A stretch of DNA of 63,323 nucleotides, filler included, from Lenisia limosa (lineage: Eukaryota; Protista; Breviatea): the NCBI GenBank assembly GCA_001655205.1. It is 16 parts of 16 records of this genome, joined end to end, with 100 filler letters (N's around TTAATTAATTAA, not from the genome) between each part and the next. Parts side by side here need not be neighbours in the genome. Positions count along the whole stretch, not along the records: positions 49,921 to 53,397 come from LPNZ01005433.1; positions 53,498 to 56,605 come from LPNZ01007422.1; positions 56,706 to 57,804 come from LPNZ01003215.1; positions 57,905 to 60,363 come from LPNZ01002084.1; positions 60,464 to 63,323 come from LPNZ01009823.1; 11 more parts are not named here. The stretch is one strand, 5' to 3'. The position numbers and the translations under genes were made by a program. Shown here piece by piece: positions 53,001 to 62,372 of the stretch. The stretch's first letter is position 1. Every line of letters starts with the position of its first letter. The notes beneath the pieces are model-generated. The model had not been told where the DNA came from. It saw only the letters and a program-made list of their open reading frames with translations, and ran no database searches.

Positions 53001-53397
53001 TTCGGAAATGTGGGTTGAGTGTTTTTTTTTTTGCAGTAAACTCTATTGAAACAAGGATCATAATGATCTGGTGTTTCGCCTTGAGATCTGGATGATGTTG
53101 GAATTATCACTATCTTCTCGCCAGATACAACCTTATTTTCATTTCTACATGTATATATAGCTAGCTATATAATATATCTTACTCGAGAATATGACAAAGT
53201 TGAGACCAAAAACATGATTGGGTGGATTAATATACAATAAGCCAATATCTCCTTTAATAGTGATGGTGTGGACGGCTAACCTTATTTATATTTCTCATTG
53301 CTATACATTGTAGCTGACCAGTCAATGGGCCAATGTTTTTGGACTCAATGAGGAAGCTGCAGCAACCCTTAACAATGGCGGATTCTACACAATGAAA
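50070..53397 (+). CDS. SMPD1: Acid sphingomyelinase-like metallophosphoesterase with a saposin domain, partial
   Basis: ECTICKVSV, QLTDIHVDPLY, CRFSICCR..GYWGSKPCDLP, LTGDNSPHDVW, PTFGNHESLP and TLNNGGFY. Confidence 0.85.
51008..51101. mobile_element. Family A MITE in an SMPD1 intron
   Basis: TAGGGCTTTACTCAGGTAAGAAAAAGACC..TTTTCGAACCGAAGT. Confidence 0.75.
51475..52315. mobile_element. ~840-bp TIR DNA element with TATA flanks and internal gene-like cargo
   Basis: The left end TATATGCGTCCGTTCAAAATTCC..TTTACTAATTCC matches the reverse complement of the right end, TATATGCGACCGTTCAAAATTCC..TTTACTTATTCC. Confidence 0.8.
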
Positions 53398-53522
53398 NNN
53401 NNNNNNNNNNNNNNNNNNNNNNNNNNNNNNNNNNNNNNNNNTTAATTAATTAANNNNNNNNNNNNNNNNNNNNNNNNNNNNNNNNNNNNNNNNNNNNCCC
53501 CTATCTTTTCACTTCAATCCTT

Positions 53523-53612
53523 TGCTTCACTTCGGTTCGAAAAAAAGACTGAATTTAAACCCTCAAAACAATCGATATGTTTCAGTCTTTTTCGAAACGA
53601 AGTGAAGGCCTA
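53523..53612. mobile_element. Family A MITE
   Basis: GCTTCACTTCGGTTCGAAAAAAAGACTG...TTCGAAACGAAGTGAAGGCCTA. Confidence 0.8.
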
Positions 53613-53629
53613 TTTGCTCCCCCTCCCCC

Positions 53630-56345
53630 CATAACTTCATCGAATCCTCCATATTCCGTTTCAAGAGTTGTACCTTTACTCCAATGTTCTTCATTGAAAT
53701 CTCATTCGTTGACCCAAGCATGATTCCGGGCTTTTTGTTTCATACCCCTCCTCCTCCTCATCTTCTTCATTTTATCATTAACCCACCATTTCCTCCAAAC
53801 ATCCACCTACTGCTCCATAGGTTATGGACCTCTCGGGGTTGTCTGGCACCTTCGACCAGGCCTTAGCCCGATGGCGAACTGTACGGCAAACCTAAAATGT
53901 TATAATATATAAAAAATAATGAATGGAGGGTAGGAGGGTGGCAGAGGAGGAGTAATGCATTTGAAAGAAGGAATTTGAATGCCATTTAAGGGCCAACGGA
54001 ATAATAATACAGGTCTTAAAATACCAATTGAATAATAGTGTAGGTCTGATAATCAACTGAAGTATTGCTGTAAACCAAACTACCAAATCCACACCTCAGC
54101 ATCATGAATAAAACAACCAATCATAGAATTCATCACCCCCCTAGATTATTCAATCACTCAAGGACTTACAGTGACCATGGTAAATCATGATAGATTCTCC
54201 TTGGTGAAAATCGGTCAAGACTTATCCCCACTCCCCGACCTGAGCTGAAACCACTTCGCCAATGGAGAGGTCAAGACTCGCTAATCGGCTCCTACGAAGG
54301 GGGGTAATTATGATGATGATGACGATAATGATGATGATGGTGATGGTGATGATGATGGTGATGGTGATGATGATGATGGTGATAATGATGATGATGGTGA
54401 TGGTGATGATGATGGTGATGGTGATGATGATGATGGTGATGATGATGATGATGATTGATGCTGAAGAAGATTATGATAATGATGATGCTGAGGCTATTGT
54501 GGTGAAATAGGGTGGTAAAATATAGATGGGGGAAATTTTTTGAAACAAAAAAACAAATCTATTGGTGAGAAAAAAACAAGAGCAAGATAATCGCTTTCCA
54601 ATCAACCCCCCCCCCCCCNNNNNNNNNNNNNNNNNNNNNNNNNNNNNNNNNNNNNNNNNNNNNNNNNNNNNNNNNNNNNNNNNNNNNNNNNNNNNNNNNN
54701 NNNNNNNNNNNNNNNNNNNNNNNNNNNNNNNNNNNTTTCATTGCAGAGTGGAAGGAGCGTGAGTCTGATGACAAGTCCAAGTCTTGTAAGCTTGGGGGTG
54801 AGGGGGAAAGGCTATGATCTAAAAAAAAGCCCGAAGTTAACTATGTTGGCTGATAACACACATGGGTTGATAGCAACAAAACAAACAACGCTCAGGCCAG
54901 TCGCTTCTGTAGGAAAATTTTGCATTTGAAAACAAATAAGAGAGAGAGAGAGGGGGGGGGGTGAAAAATTTATGAAACAAANNNNNNNNNNNNNNNNNNN
55001 NNNNNNNNNNNNNNNNNNNNNNNNNNNNNNNNNNNNNNNNNNNNNNNNNNNNNNNNNNNNNNNNNNNNNNNNNNNNNNNNNNNNNNNNNNNNNNNNNNNN
55101 NNNNNNNNNNNNNNNNNNNNNNNNNNNNNNNNNNNNNNNNNNNNNNNNNNNNNNNNNNNNNNNNNNNNNNNNNNNNNNNNNNNNNNNNNNNNNNNNNNNN
55201 NNNNNNNNNNNNNNNNNNNNNNNNNNNNNNNNNNNNNNNNNNNNNNNNNNNNNNNNNNNNNNNTCATCTCCCCCAAGTATGGGAAACATGTTCAGTCCCC
55301 TGGAATATTATTAGTTGCATAAAAAGGGAAAATCTTCTCCCCCACGAAATATATGCATATATAAAAACGGACAACCACCTTCACAATATATATATATAAA
55401 AAAAAACGGACAACGATCGATATATAAAAACGGACAACGAAATATATATAAAAACGGACAACCCCCCTCCCTCCCACGACGCCACGCTGTGTCGCCCTGA
55501 AACCGGGGTAAACGTACGAGTCAAATCCTGCTTAGCCTAAAGCGTCAAGATAACGGGTTCAAATCCTGCTTAGCCTAAAGCGTCAAGATATTTAAGTTAA
55601 TTGCATTATATGGGAAATCCTCAAGAAAATTAACAAATCAGGGAATTTTCATAATAAGGGAAACTGATTAATATTGGGCATTCAGAATCGCTGGGTATGT
55701 GGTTTAAATTTGGAGAGTTCTTACTATGATTAATGAAATCCTTCAGAGTTACTCTGTTCAACATAAAGCGTATGTTGGAGGGGGAGGGGGGTAAAAAAAG
55801 GAAATTCATGAAACAAAAAAACACTGTCGGAGCAAATAACGATATTTGGGAGTTAGAGAAAAAGTTGTTAATATTTAGCTTGGCCTTCAGAGTGCCTCTA
55901 CCGCAAACCTTGAACAAAGTCGCGTGCCGGCCGCCGTCGGAAACAGCCGAGTTCTGAGTCCCGATGGCGATTGAAAACCGACGGCGCCTCGACCCTGACG
56001 AGGGCGGAGGGGCTATTGCGGGGCCTATAATCGTAAATGTCCGGGGAAAATAATATTACTAAACATGTTATTCAGCCATCATTTGCCCGAAGAAAACTAA
56101 AGAATACATAATTTTGAAGGAGTAGAATTGTAAAATTTATGAAGCAAAAAAGAACCCCAAAATCAATTATGTTGGCTTGCAACACACGAGGGTTGATAAC
56201 AACAACACAAACAAAGACCAGACCAGTTTTTTCTGCAACACCGCATCTCAAAACTCCTGTTTACTTACCTGGGGATGACGAGGCCGATTGGGAGGTTTTA
56301 CCATATGATGAAGAGGGACGAGGGGAGCGGGAAAGAACCTGAAAA
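53630..56345 (-). CDS. Unidentified Ser-rich multi-exon gene fragment
   Basis: Small AG/GT-bounded exons such as VLSRSPRPSSSYGKTSQSASSSP, DLDLSSDSRSFHSAMK and SRLASLDLSIGEVVSAQ. Confidence 0.35.
54310..54490. repeat. (GAT/GGT)n microsatellite
   Basis: About 180 bp of GATGATGGT triplets. Confidence 0.95.
54790..54981 (-). mobile_element. Two family D copies close together
   Basis: On the reverse strand, tail CATAAATTTTTCACCCC is followed by CAGAAGCGACTGGCCTGAGC..CAGCCAACATAGTT..GGGCTTTTT. Confidence 0.75.
56125..56250 (-). mobile_element. Near full-length family D element starting ~20 nt after a GTAAGT donor
   Basis: The reverse complement reads GATGCGGTGTTGCAGAA..TTGTTATCAACCCTCGTG..AGCCAACATAATTGATTTTGGGG..CATAAATTTTACAATTCTAC. 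Confidence 0.75.
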
Positions 56346-56705
56346 GTAAAAAAAAACAATTCCAAATACCATCAATTCGTGGGGAGGTGGGGACCATGAA
56401 TTTGTGTAGAATTTGTGCCAAAAACCAAGAACAAAGAATGGATTTTAGGTATTTAACGACATTTTATTGAGAAAACAGTCCTTTTTGGAACCGAAAGTAA
56501 AACTCAGGAAAGCACAAACTTATCAGTCAACCATATATTAATGTACAACAAACTTTGACCGTTATATATATGAGACAAGTAAAATGGAAACCAAAAAACC
56601 CAAATNNNNNNNNNNNNNNNNNNNNNNNNNNNNNNNNNNNNNNNNNNNNTTAATTAATTAANNNNNNNNNNNNNNNNNNNNNNNNNNNNNNNNNNNNNNN
56701 NNNNN

Positions 56706-56850
56706 ACAAGGGTTGATAACAACAAACAAAGCCCAGGCTAGTCGCTTCTGCAGCACCGCATCCCACCACTCCGTAAAATTGGAAAATTTATGTAACAAAA
56801 AAGCCCATATCAAACTGTTGACATACTCACATAATATTCAGCAAAACAAC
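56706..56850 (-). mobile_element. Head-to-tail family D junction
   Basis: The reverse complement reads ..CATAAAATTTTCCAATTTTAC-GGAGTGGTG-GGATGCGGTGCTGCAGAAGCGACTAGCCTGGGCTTTG.. Confidence 0.75.
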
Positions 56851-57041
56851 CATATCACCATTTTGTCTTTTTCTTTAATATGATATAACGGAGGGGTTTA
56901 TGGTAATTAAGATTTCATCCCTAAATAAAGTCCAGACCAGTCGCATTGTATTATATTGGGGTAGGGCATATATGATCATATGACCGACTTTTGAGTCGAA
57001 ATAGATAAGACGAGGATTTAACCCGAGAGATTTGTCGTATC

Positions 57042-57125
57042 TAGGGCTTCACTTCCGTTCAACTCGATAAATCCTCGAAAACTATCGATATTTCCGCGTT
57101 TTTTTTGAACCGAAGTGAAGCCATA
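57042..57125. mobile_element. Family A MITE in a kinesin intron
   Basis: TAGGGCTTCACTTCCGTTC...GAACCGAAGTGAAGCCATA; the 8-nt flanks match at 5/8. Confidence 0.8.
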
Positions 57126-57133
57126 CTCATAAC

Positions 57134-57790
57134 ACAAGTTTACAGACCTCAAGTCAGCAATGATGGAGGTGTATTGACTGACATGATGATGAACAGACAC
57201 AACATTTCGCTTCACCTTGAGAAGTTACAAAATTAGAAAAAGAGAGAATTTTGGAAGTAGTTAAGAGAGTATTGGGAGAGAAGAAAGAGCGCATTTTGAG
57301 ATTTTGAAGAAGTTAAAAGAGAGTATTTAGAGAAGGTTAAAGAGTATCTAGAGAGAAGGTTAAAGAGAGTATTTTGAAGAAGTTAAAAGAGTGTATTTTG
57401 AGAGAAGGTTAAAGAGTGTATTTTGAAGAAGTTAAAAGAGTGTATTTTGAGAGAAGGTTAAAGAGAGTATTTTGAAGAAGTTAAAAGAGTGTATTTTGAG
57501 AGAAGGTTAAAGAGAGTATTTTGAAGAAGTTAAAAGAGTGTATTTTGAGAGAAGGTTAAAGAGAGTATTTTGAGGTAGAATGATGGGAGAGGGTGAAGGA
57601 GAGAGAGAGAGTATGTGTGTGCATGAAACACAGGGGGGGAGGGGCTCACGTCGGTTTCAATATTCTTGGCTCTATTAGCGTATTTGAGGGTGTTGACGGT
57701 TTCCTCGAAAGTTGAGGCTGCTGGAGACACTGTCGACACCATCACTGTCTTGCAGTTTCCAACAAGAGAGTCTTTCAGGAGACGTGTAAG
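57134..57790 (-). CDS. Kinesin-8 (KIF18/KIF19-like), end of motor domain and neck exons
   Basis: [43 protein letters not shown]|[23 protein letters not shown]. Confidence 0.85.
57250..57573. repeat. Intronic minisatellite, 49-bp unit made of two related ~24-bp monomers
   Basis: AAAGAGAGTATTTTGAAGAAGTT-AAAAGAGTGTATTTTGAGAGAAGGTT, about four clean copies plus degenerate copies. Confidence 0.9.
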
Positions 57791-59299
57791 CTTTCTGGGG
57801 GGTGNNNNNNNNNNNNNNNNNNNNNNNNNNNNNNNNNNNNNNNNNNNNTTAATTAATTAANNNNNNNNNNNNNNNNNNNNNNNNNNNNNNNNNNNNNNNN
57901 NNNNCTGATATAAATGAATTAACACTTATTATCAGTTTCATGATGGTCATATCTGGCAATAGATATCTAGGCTGAGTTTGTTATAACGGATATCTTTCTG
58001 TTAACTAACATATACGTTTAACACTCTTTCAACTTGTTTTTAGATAAAGATTTATTGTTAAAGGTGCTGGAATCAGAAATCAGCTGCCTACCTAAGTGAA
58101 CACAATACGGCTTTAAACTGCTGAATGTCCAATGCTTTTGGCCCTAGTATTTGAGGGTGGAGGTGGAGTAATAAAGGAATGTGTTTCAAGAAGAGGAAGA
58201 TAGAAATTTGTGAAACAACAAAACAAAAAAAAAAACTCAACTCTACAGGTTAAGTGTTTGAGAAACACATGAGGGTTGCAATAACACGTGAAATAAATCA
58301 TGTATTTGCTGTCCAAAAAGTGAGAAAAAACGTATAAACAAAAATCATTGGTCAGGTGAATTGCTGAACCCTGTCTGGAGCACAGAATTCCTCTAGCAGG
58401 AGTTGCTATGTAAGCACATGCCATGAAACAAAAAGTTATTTTGTGAACAACCATAGTTAAATTGGTACTTTAAAACTTTAACAAATATATAACATGTCAT
58501 TTTATCCACACTGCGCTTGTGCTATTCCCAAAATATGGGGAAAGAGAAGAAAAGAAAAAATCGTGTGAAAGGGGAGGAGGAGGGGGGGGGGGGGGATGNN
58601 NNNNNNNNNNNNNNNNNNNNNNNNNNNNNNNNNNNNNNNNNNNNNNNNNNNNNNNNNNNNNNNNNNNNNNNNNNNNNNNNNNNNNNNNNAAGCAGGCAGA
58701 GAAGCTGCGGAAGTCGAACTATCCATATTCGGATGTTACATGCCCAACAAACCAGAAAAGAGGCGTGTAATGTCGCCTTGTCTGAAGTCATATAAACCAT
58801 CTTGACAGTCTTTAAGCCATCGGATCACCAAGGAGCTGACTTTAATCTTCACCCTTGCCACCTCGCTCCTGTATGCTGCGTCAAAAACCTCCAGTCCTGT
58901 CTCAACTTCCGTTGTGACATGTACTCTTGGTTGTTTTGAGGCCTGCGTCGTTAATACTGTTTTATACTAAACATTCACTAACCGATGAACCCATCTTTCA
59001 GCTAAAGGCTACCGTAAACGATTGGGAAATACTAAATTAGAGATGTTTATCATCCCAGAGAGGCCTATAATAATAACCTTTTGACGAAGAACATGCTGGT
59101 AATTCCGAGCCAGGTCTAATGAAACTACATTAGTTACAGTAATTACAATTAAACCCCTTTCAATTTTTTTTTCTGGACTTCACATCTTCACACAATCTTC
59201 TCACCTCTTCTGACAGAGGAGTTGGCTGAGGAGTTTGTAAGTATCATATTTGTTTGGCACTCTTTCAATATTCGATCCACCTACCTCTTTTGAAGGATC

Positions 59300-59850
59300 A
59301 TGAAGTTGCTCCTTGTTACCCTTGCCTTATTCTTCATAGGATCTGCTTTTGCTGAGAACTTACTGAGGTAATTAGGGAGAGGGGTGAGGGGTGGGAGATA
59401 CAGGGATAATTGATTATTTAATAACACTTGAGTTGTGAGTTTACTTTTTCAAAATCTCTGGGCAATCAAACACTGATTTGAAGATACCCCCATTCCCTTC
59501 AATTCCCTCTTGTGATAATATGGTCTATACTTTTCTAAACAGGATTTTATACATGTGTATTTTATAGGGGGGGGGGTAACAGCTTCATCTTTATTAAACA
59601 TAAGCTATAGCATTCTTTTTTTACTAATTGAATTTGGTTATTAATCGGTCGTCTAAATACAATATGCACAATATATCATATAATATCATATGTTGTTGCG
59701 GGTTTTGCGTACAATAGTATTATAATCGAGACCCGAAGCCCAAAACATAAATATACCAGTCTACTCAAAGCCTCATCCTTGCAGACAGACGAAAGATGGT
59801 GTCAAGCTCCACCTTGCTCCTTCAACTGATCCTCGGGATGCTGTGACCAG
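59300..59850 (+). CDS. 5' exons of a secreted protein, unidentified
   Basis: A signal-peptide-like exon MKLLLVTLALFFIGSAFAENLL followed by a GTAATT donor. Confidence 0.45.
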
Positions 59851-59888
59851 GGTGGGATATATATTCTCTGCCTCGGCCAGATACTAAC

Positions 59889-59988
59889 TAGAGCTTCACT
59901 TTCGGTTCCAAAAAAGACTGAATTCTTGATAAATCCTCGATAAATATTGATATTTTTCAGGTGTTTCAGAACCGAAAGTGAAGCTCTA
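59889..59988. mobile_element. Family A MITE, subfamily A2
   Basis: TAGAGCTTCACTTTCGGTTCC...GAACCGAAAGTGAAGCTCTA; flanks ATACTAAC and ATACTTTA. Confidence 0.85.
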
Positions 59989-60599
59989 ATACTTTACTTA
60001 TTAACTTTTTAGGAGGAATTCGACAGTGCAAATAACAGTTAGCCTGGGGATGCATTCTACATGCTTGCTAGAAAACCGTTAATATCTCGAAAATAGCGAT
60101 TATTCTTTATGTGAGAGCCTTCTGCAGCACCGCATCCCATCAATCCAGCGGGGGGTAAAACATGATTTTTGAATTGAAAAAACAAAAGAGAGAAATAAAA
60201 ACATGAGAAAACACAAAGAAAACAGTTACCAACCAGTGAGTGATAGGGGGTATAGTGAAGGAAAGGAAAGGTACTAATAACGAATAAAAATGGATAATTT
60301 CTCAAAAAAAAAGCCAATCAACTCTGAAGTATTTATCTGTTGGTGATGGTGGGGGGGGGGGGGNNNNNNNNNNNNNNNNNNNNNNNNNNNNNNNNNNNNN
60401 NNNNNNNTTAATTAATTAANNNNNNNNNNNNNNNNNNNNNNNNNNNNNNNNNNNNNNNNNNNNATATATGTATAACATATATTATGATCATGTCAATGAT
60501 TACAAGTTGTTAATGAGTAAGGATTAGAGTATACTATATGACCCTATATGACCCCCCCCCTCCCCACACACACACTAGTGTATAAACACCCCCAACACT

Positions 60600-62372
60600 A
60601 GTGTATGACGTGGCACATGAACCTGCAGTTGTGGCGCATTGCGGAGACGCGCAGTCCACTGGAGAACAGCTGAAGGGTTAATATTGTAGATCATATAGCG
60701 TGATTATAATGGAATAATAAAGACTTAATTAATATATAAAATGTGTACAGAATGACGGGACTAATTACTAGGGCTTCACTTCGGTTCGAAAAAAGACTGA
60801 CTTTCTCGATAAATCCTTAAAAAGTAGTATCAATAATGTAACAGTATTTTTCGAACCGAATTTGAAGTCGGACCTATTGTAACGAGAACCCTGTGCTAGA
60901 CGCTTTAATTTCAAATTGTGTCAATTTTCTCAAAAAATTAATTGCGAGGAATCCTACTGTATATCCTTTAGGGCTGCACTTTCGGTTCCAAAAAAGACTG
61001 AATTGTCGATAAATCGTCGATAAATATCGATATTTTACAGGTGTTTCGGAACCGAAAGTGAAGCTCTTACATCCTGCCCACTAGTCTCCAGTGTACGCCG
61101 AACTGCTACAAATGAGTGCTTGGCTCTTACATTGGCCCTGGTAATGTAACAAATGCAAGAAGTGTAATGTAACAAATATAATGTATGTACATGTAATGTC
61201 TATCCCCAACATACATAAAAAAAACCATATATTAGAGTAATATAATAGTAGTATGTACATGTACATAGTATATAAATAGATGTACCCCCATGGAATCGTA
61301 TAACTACATGTATATACCCCCCACATGGAAGCATTTGCCATTAGAACGGGTGGTGCCGTCATCGCAACTCGTGCCGGATACCTTAAACATGCCTGGGGGG
61401 GGGGTAAAACGAAGGAAATCTCGATGAAGAATATTGGCGTAAAGGAAAAATGGGAAAATTTAGGAAACAAAAAACCCCAAATCAACTCTGTTAGCTNNNN
61501 NNNNNNNNNNNNNNNNNNNNNNNNNNNNNNNNNNNNNNNNNNNNNNNNNNNNNNNNNNNNNNNNNNNNNNNNNNNNNNNNNNNNNNNNNNNNNNNTGCCT
61601 GAGGTGTGGATACATAATACATATAATATATGTAATATTTGTGTTATATACATAGATATTATATGATTATCTGGCCAACGCCGTTCACCATCACAATATA
61701 AGAGATATTGGATTATAATAATAGTAATTCTCCCAATCATATAGCTAGTATATACTTAGTGCTTCACTTCGGTTCGAAAAAGACTCTCGATAAATCCTCG
61801 AAAACTATCGATATTTTACCAGTTTTTGTTCGAACTGAAGTGAAACCCTACATATATACTAAATAGGAAGGTTGAGTGTATGTGGGGTGGCTGGTATGGA
61901 CATGCCTACACTCNNNNNNNNNNNNNNNNNNNNNNNNNNNNNNNNNNNNNNNNNNNNNNNNNNNNNNNNNNNNNNNNNNNNNNNNNNNNNNNNNNNNNNN
62001 NNNNNNNNNNNNNNNNNNNNNNNNNNNNNNNNNNNNNNNNNNNATTGAGCTTCACTTCGGTTCGAAAAAGACCGGTAAAATACCGATAATTGTCGAAGAT
62101 TTATAGAGAAAATCAGTCTTTTTTTCGAACCCAAGTGAAGCCCTAGTGATACCCCACCACCCCCCAACATAGTTTTTTTTTTGTTTTGTTTTGAAAAATA
62201 ATATTTAGAGAAATAAAAAATGGCAATACCCTCCTCCCCTCCCACTTCTGCACAGGCCAGTCACGCCGTCACAGGTATCATCCATATCACATTGCACGTC
62301 CACGCCAGATGCTGAGCTGGCAAGGCAGACAGTGCCCTTGGATTTTGGCGTGCAGTTACTGTTGCAGCATGG
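60600..62372 (-). CDS. ADAM-like disintegrin plus Cys-rich protein, internal exons
   Basis: DPCCNSNCTPKSKGTVCL..QCDMDDTCDGVTGLC, FKVSGTSCDDG..KCFH|GQCKSQALIC and YCSPVDCASPQC. Confidence 0.7.
60969..61068. mobile_element. Family A MITE, subfamily A2, with a probable 8-bp TSD
   Basis: Flanks ATATCCTT and ACATCCTG match at 6/8; the TIRs are intact. Confidence 0.88.
61393..61496 (-). mobile_element. Family D element ending at the intron AG of the ADAM-like gene
   Basis: The reverse complement reads AACAGAGTTGATTTGGGG..AAATTTTCCCATTTT..GTTTTACCCCCCCCCCAG, then exon GMFKVSG. Confidence 0.75.
61757..61850. mobile_element. Family A MITE (others nearby at about 60769-60862, 62045-62145 and 62737-62828)
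   Basis: TAGTGCTTCACTTCGGTTCGAAAAAGAC...TTCGAACTGAAGTGAAACCCTA. Confidence 0.85.

Noticed and set aside
54262-54510. Poly-Met ORF
   Set aside because: It is the translation of a GAT/GGT microsatellite on the strand opposite the inferred host gene.
60121-60330. Counting this D copy as sense or antisense
   Set aside because: The host gene strand is ambiguous at the contig end, so it was excluded from the orientation argument.
8029-60419. TTAATTAATTAA as a biological repeat
   Set aside because: It is always embedded in a fixed N pad and has stops in six frames, so it is an assembly spacer.
61081-61084. In-frame TAG in the ADAM-like exon suggesting stop-codon reassignment
   Set aside because: A GTGGGC donor splits it (TA|C, Tyr). 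TAA, TAG and TGA all terminate conserved genes here (TMEM19, ARL2, NHE).
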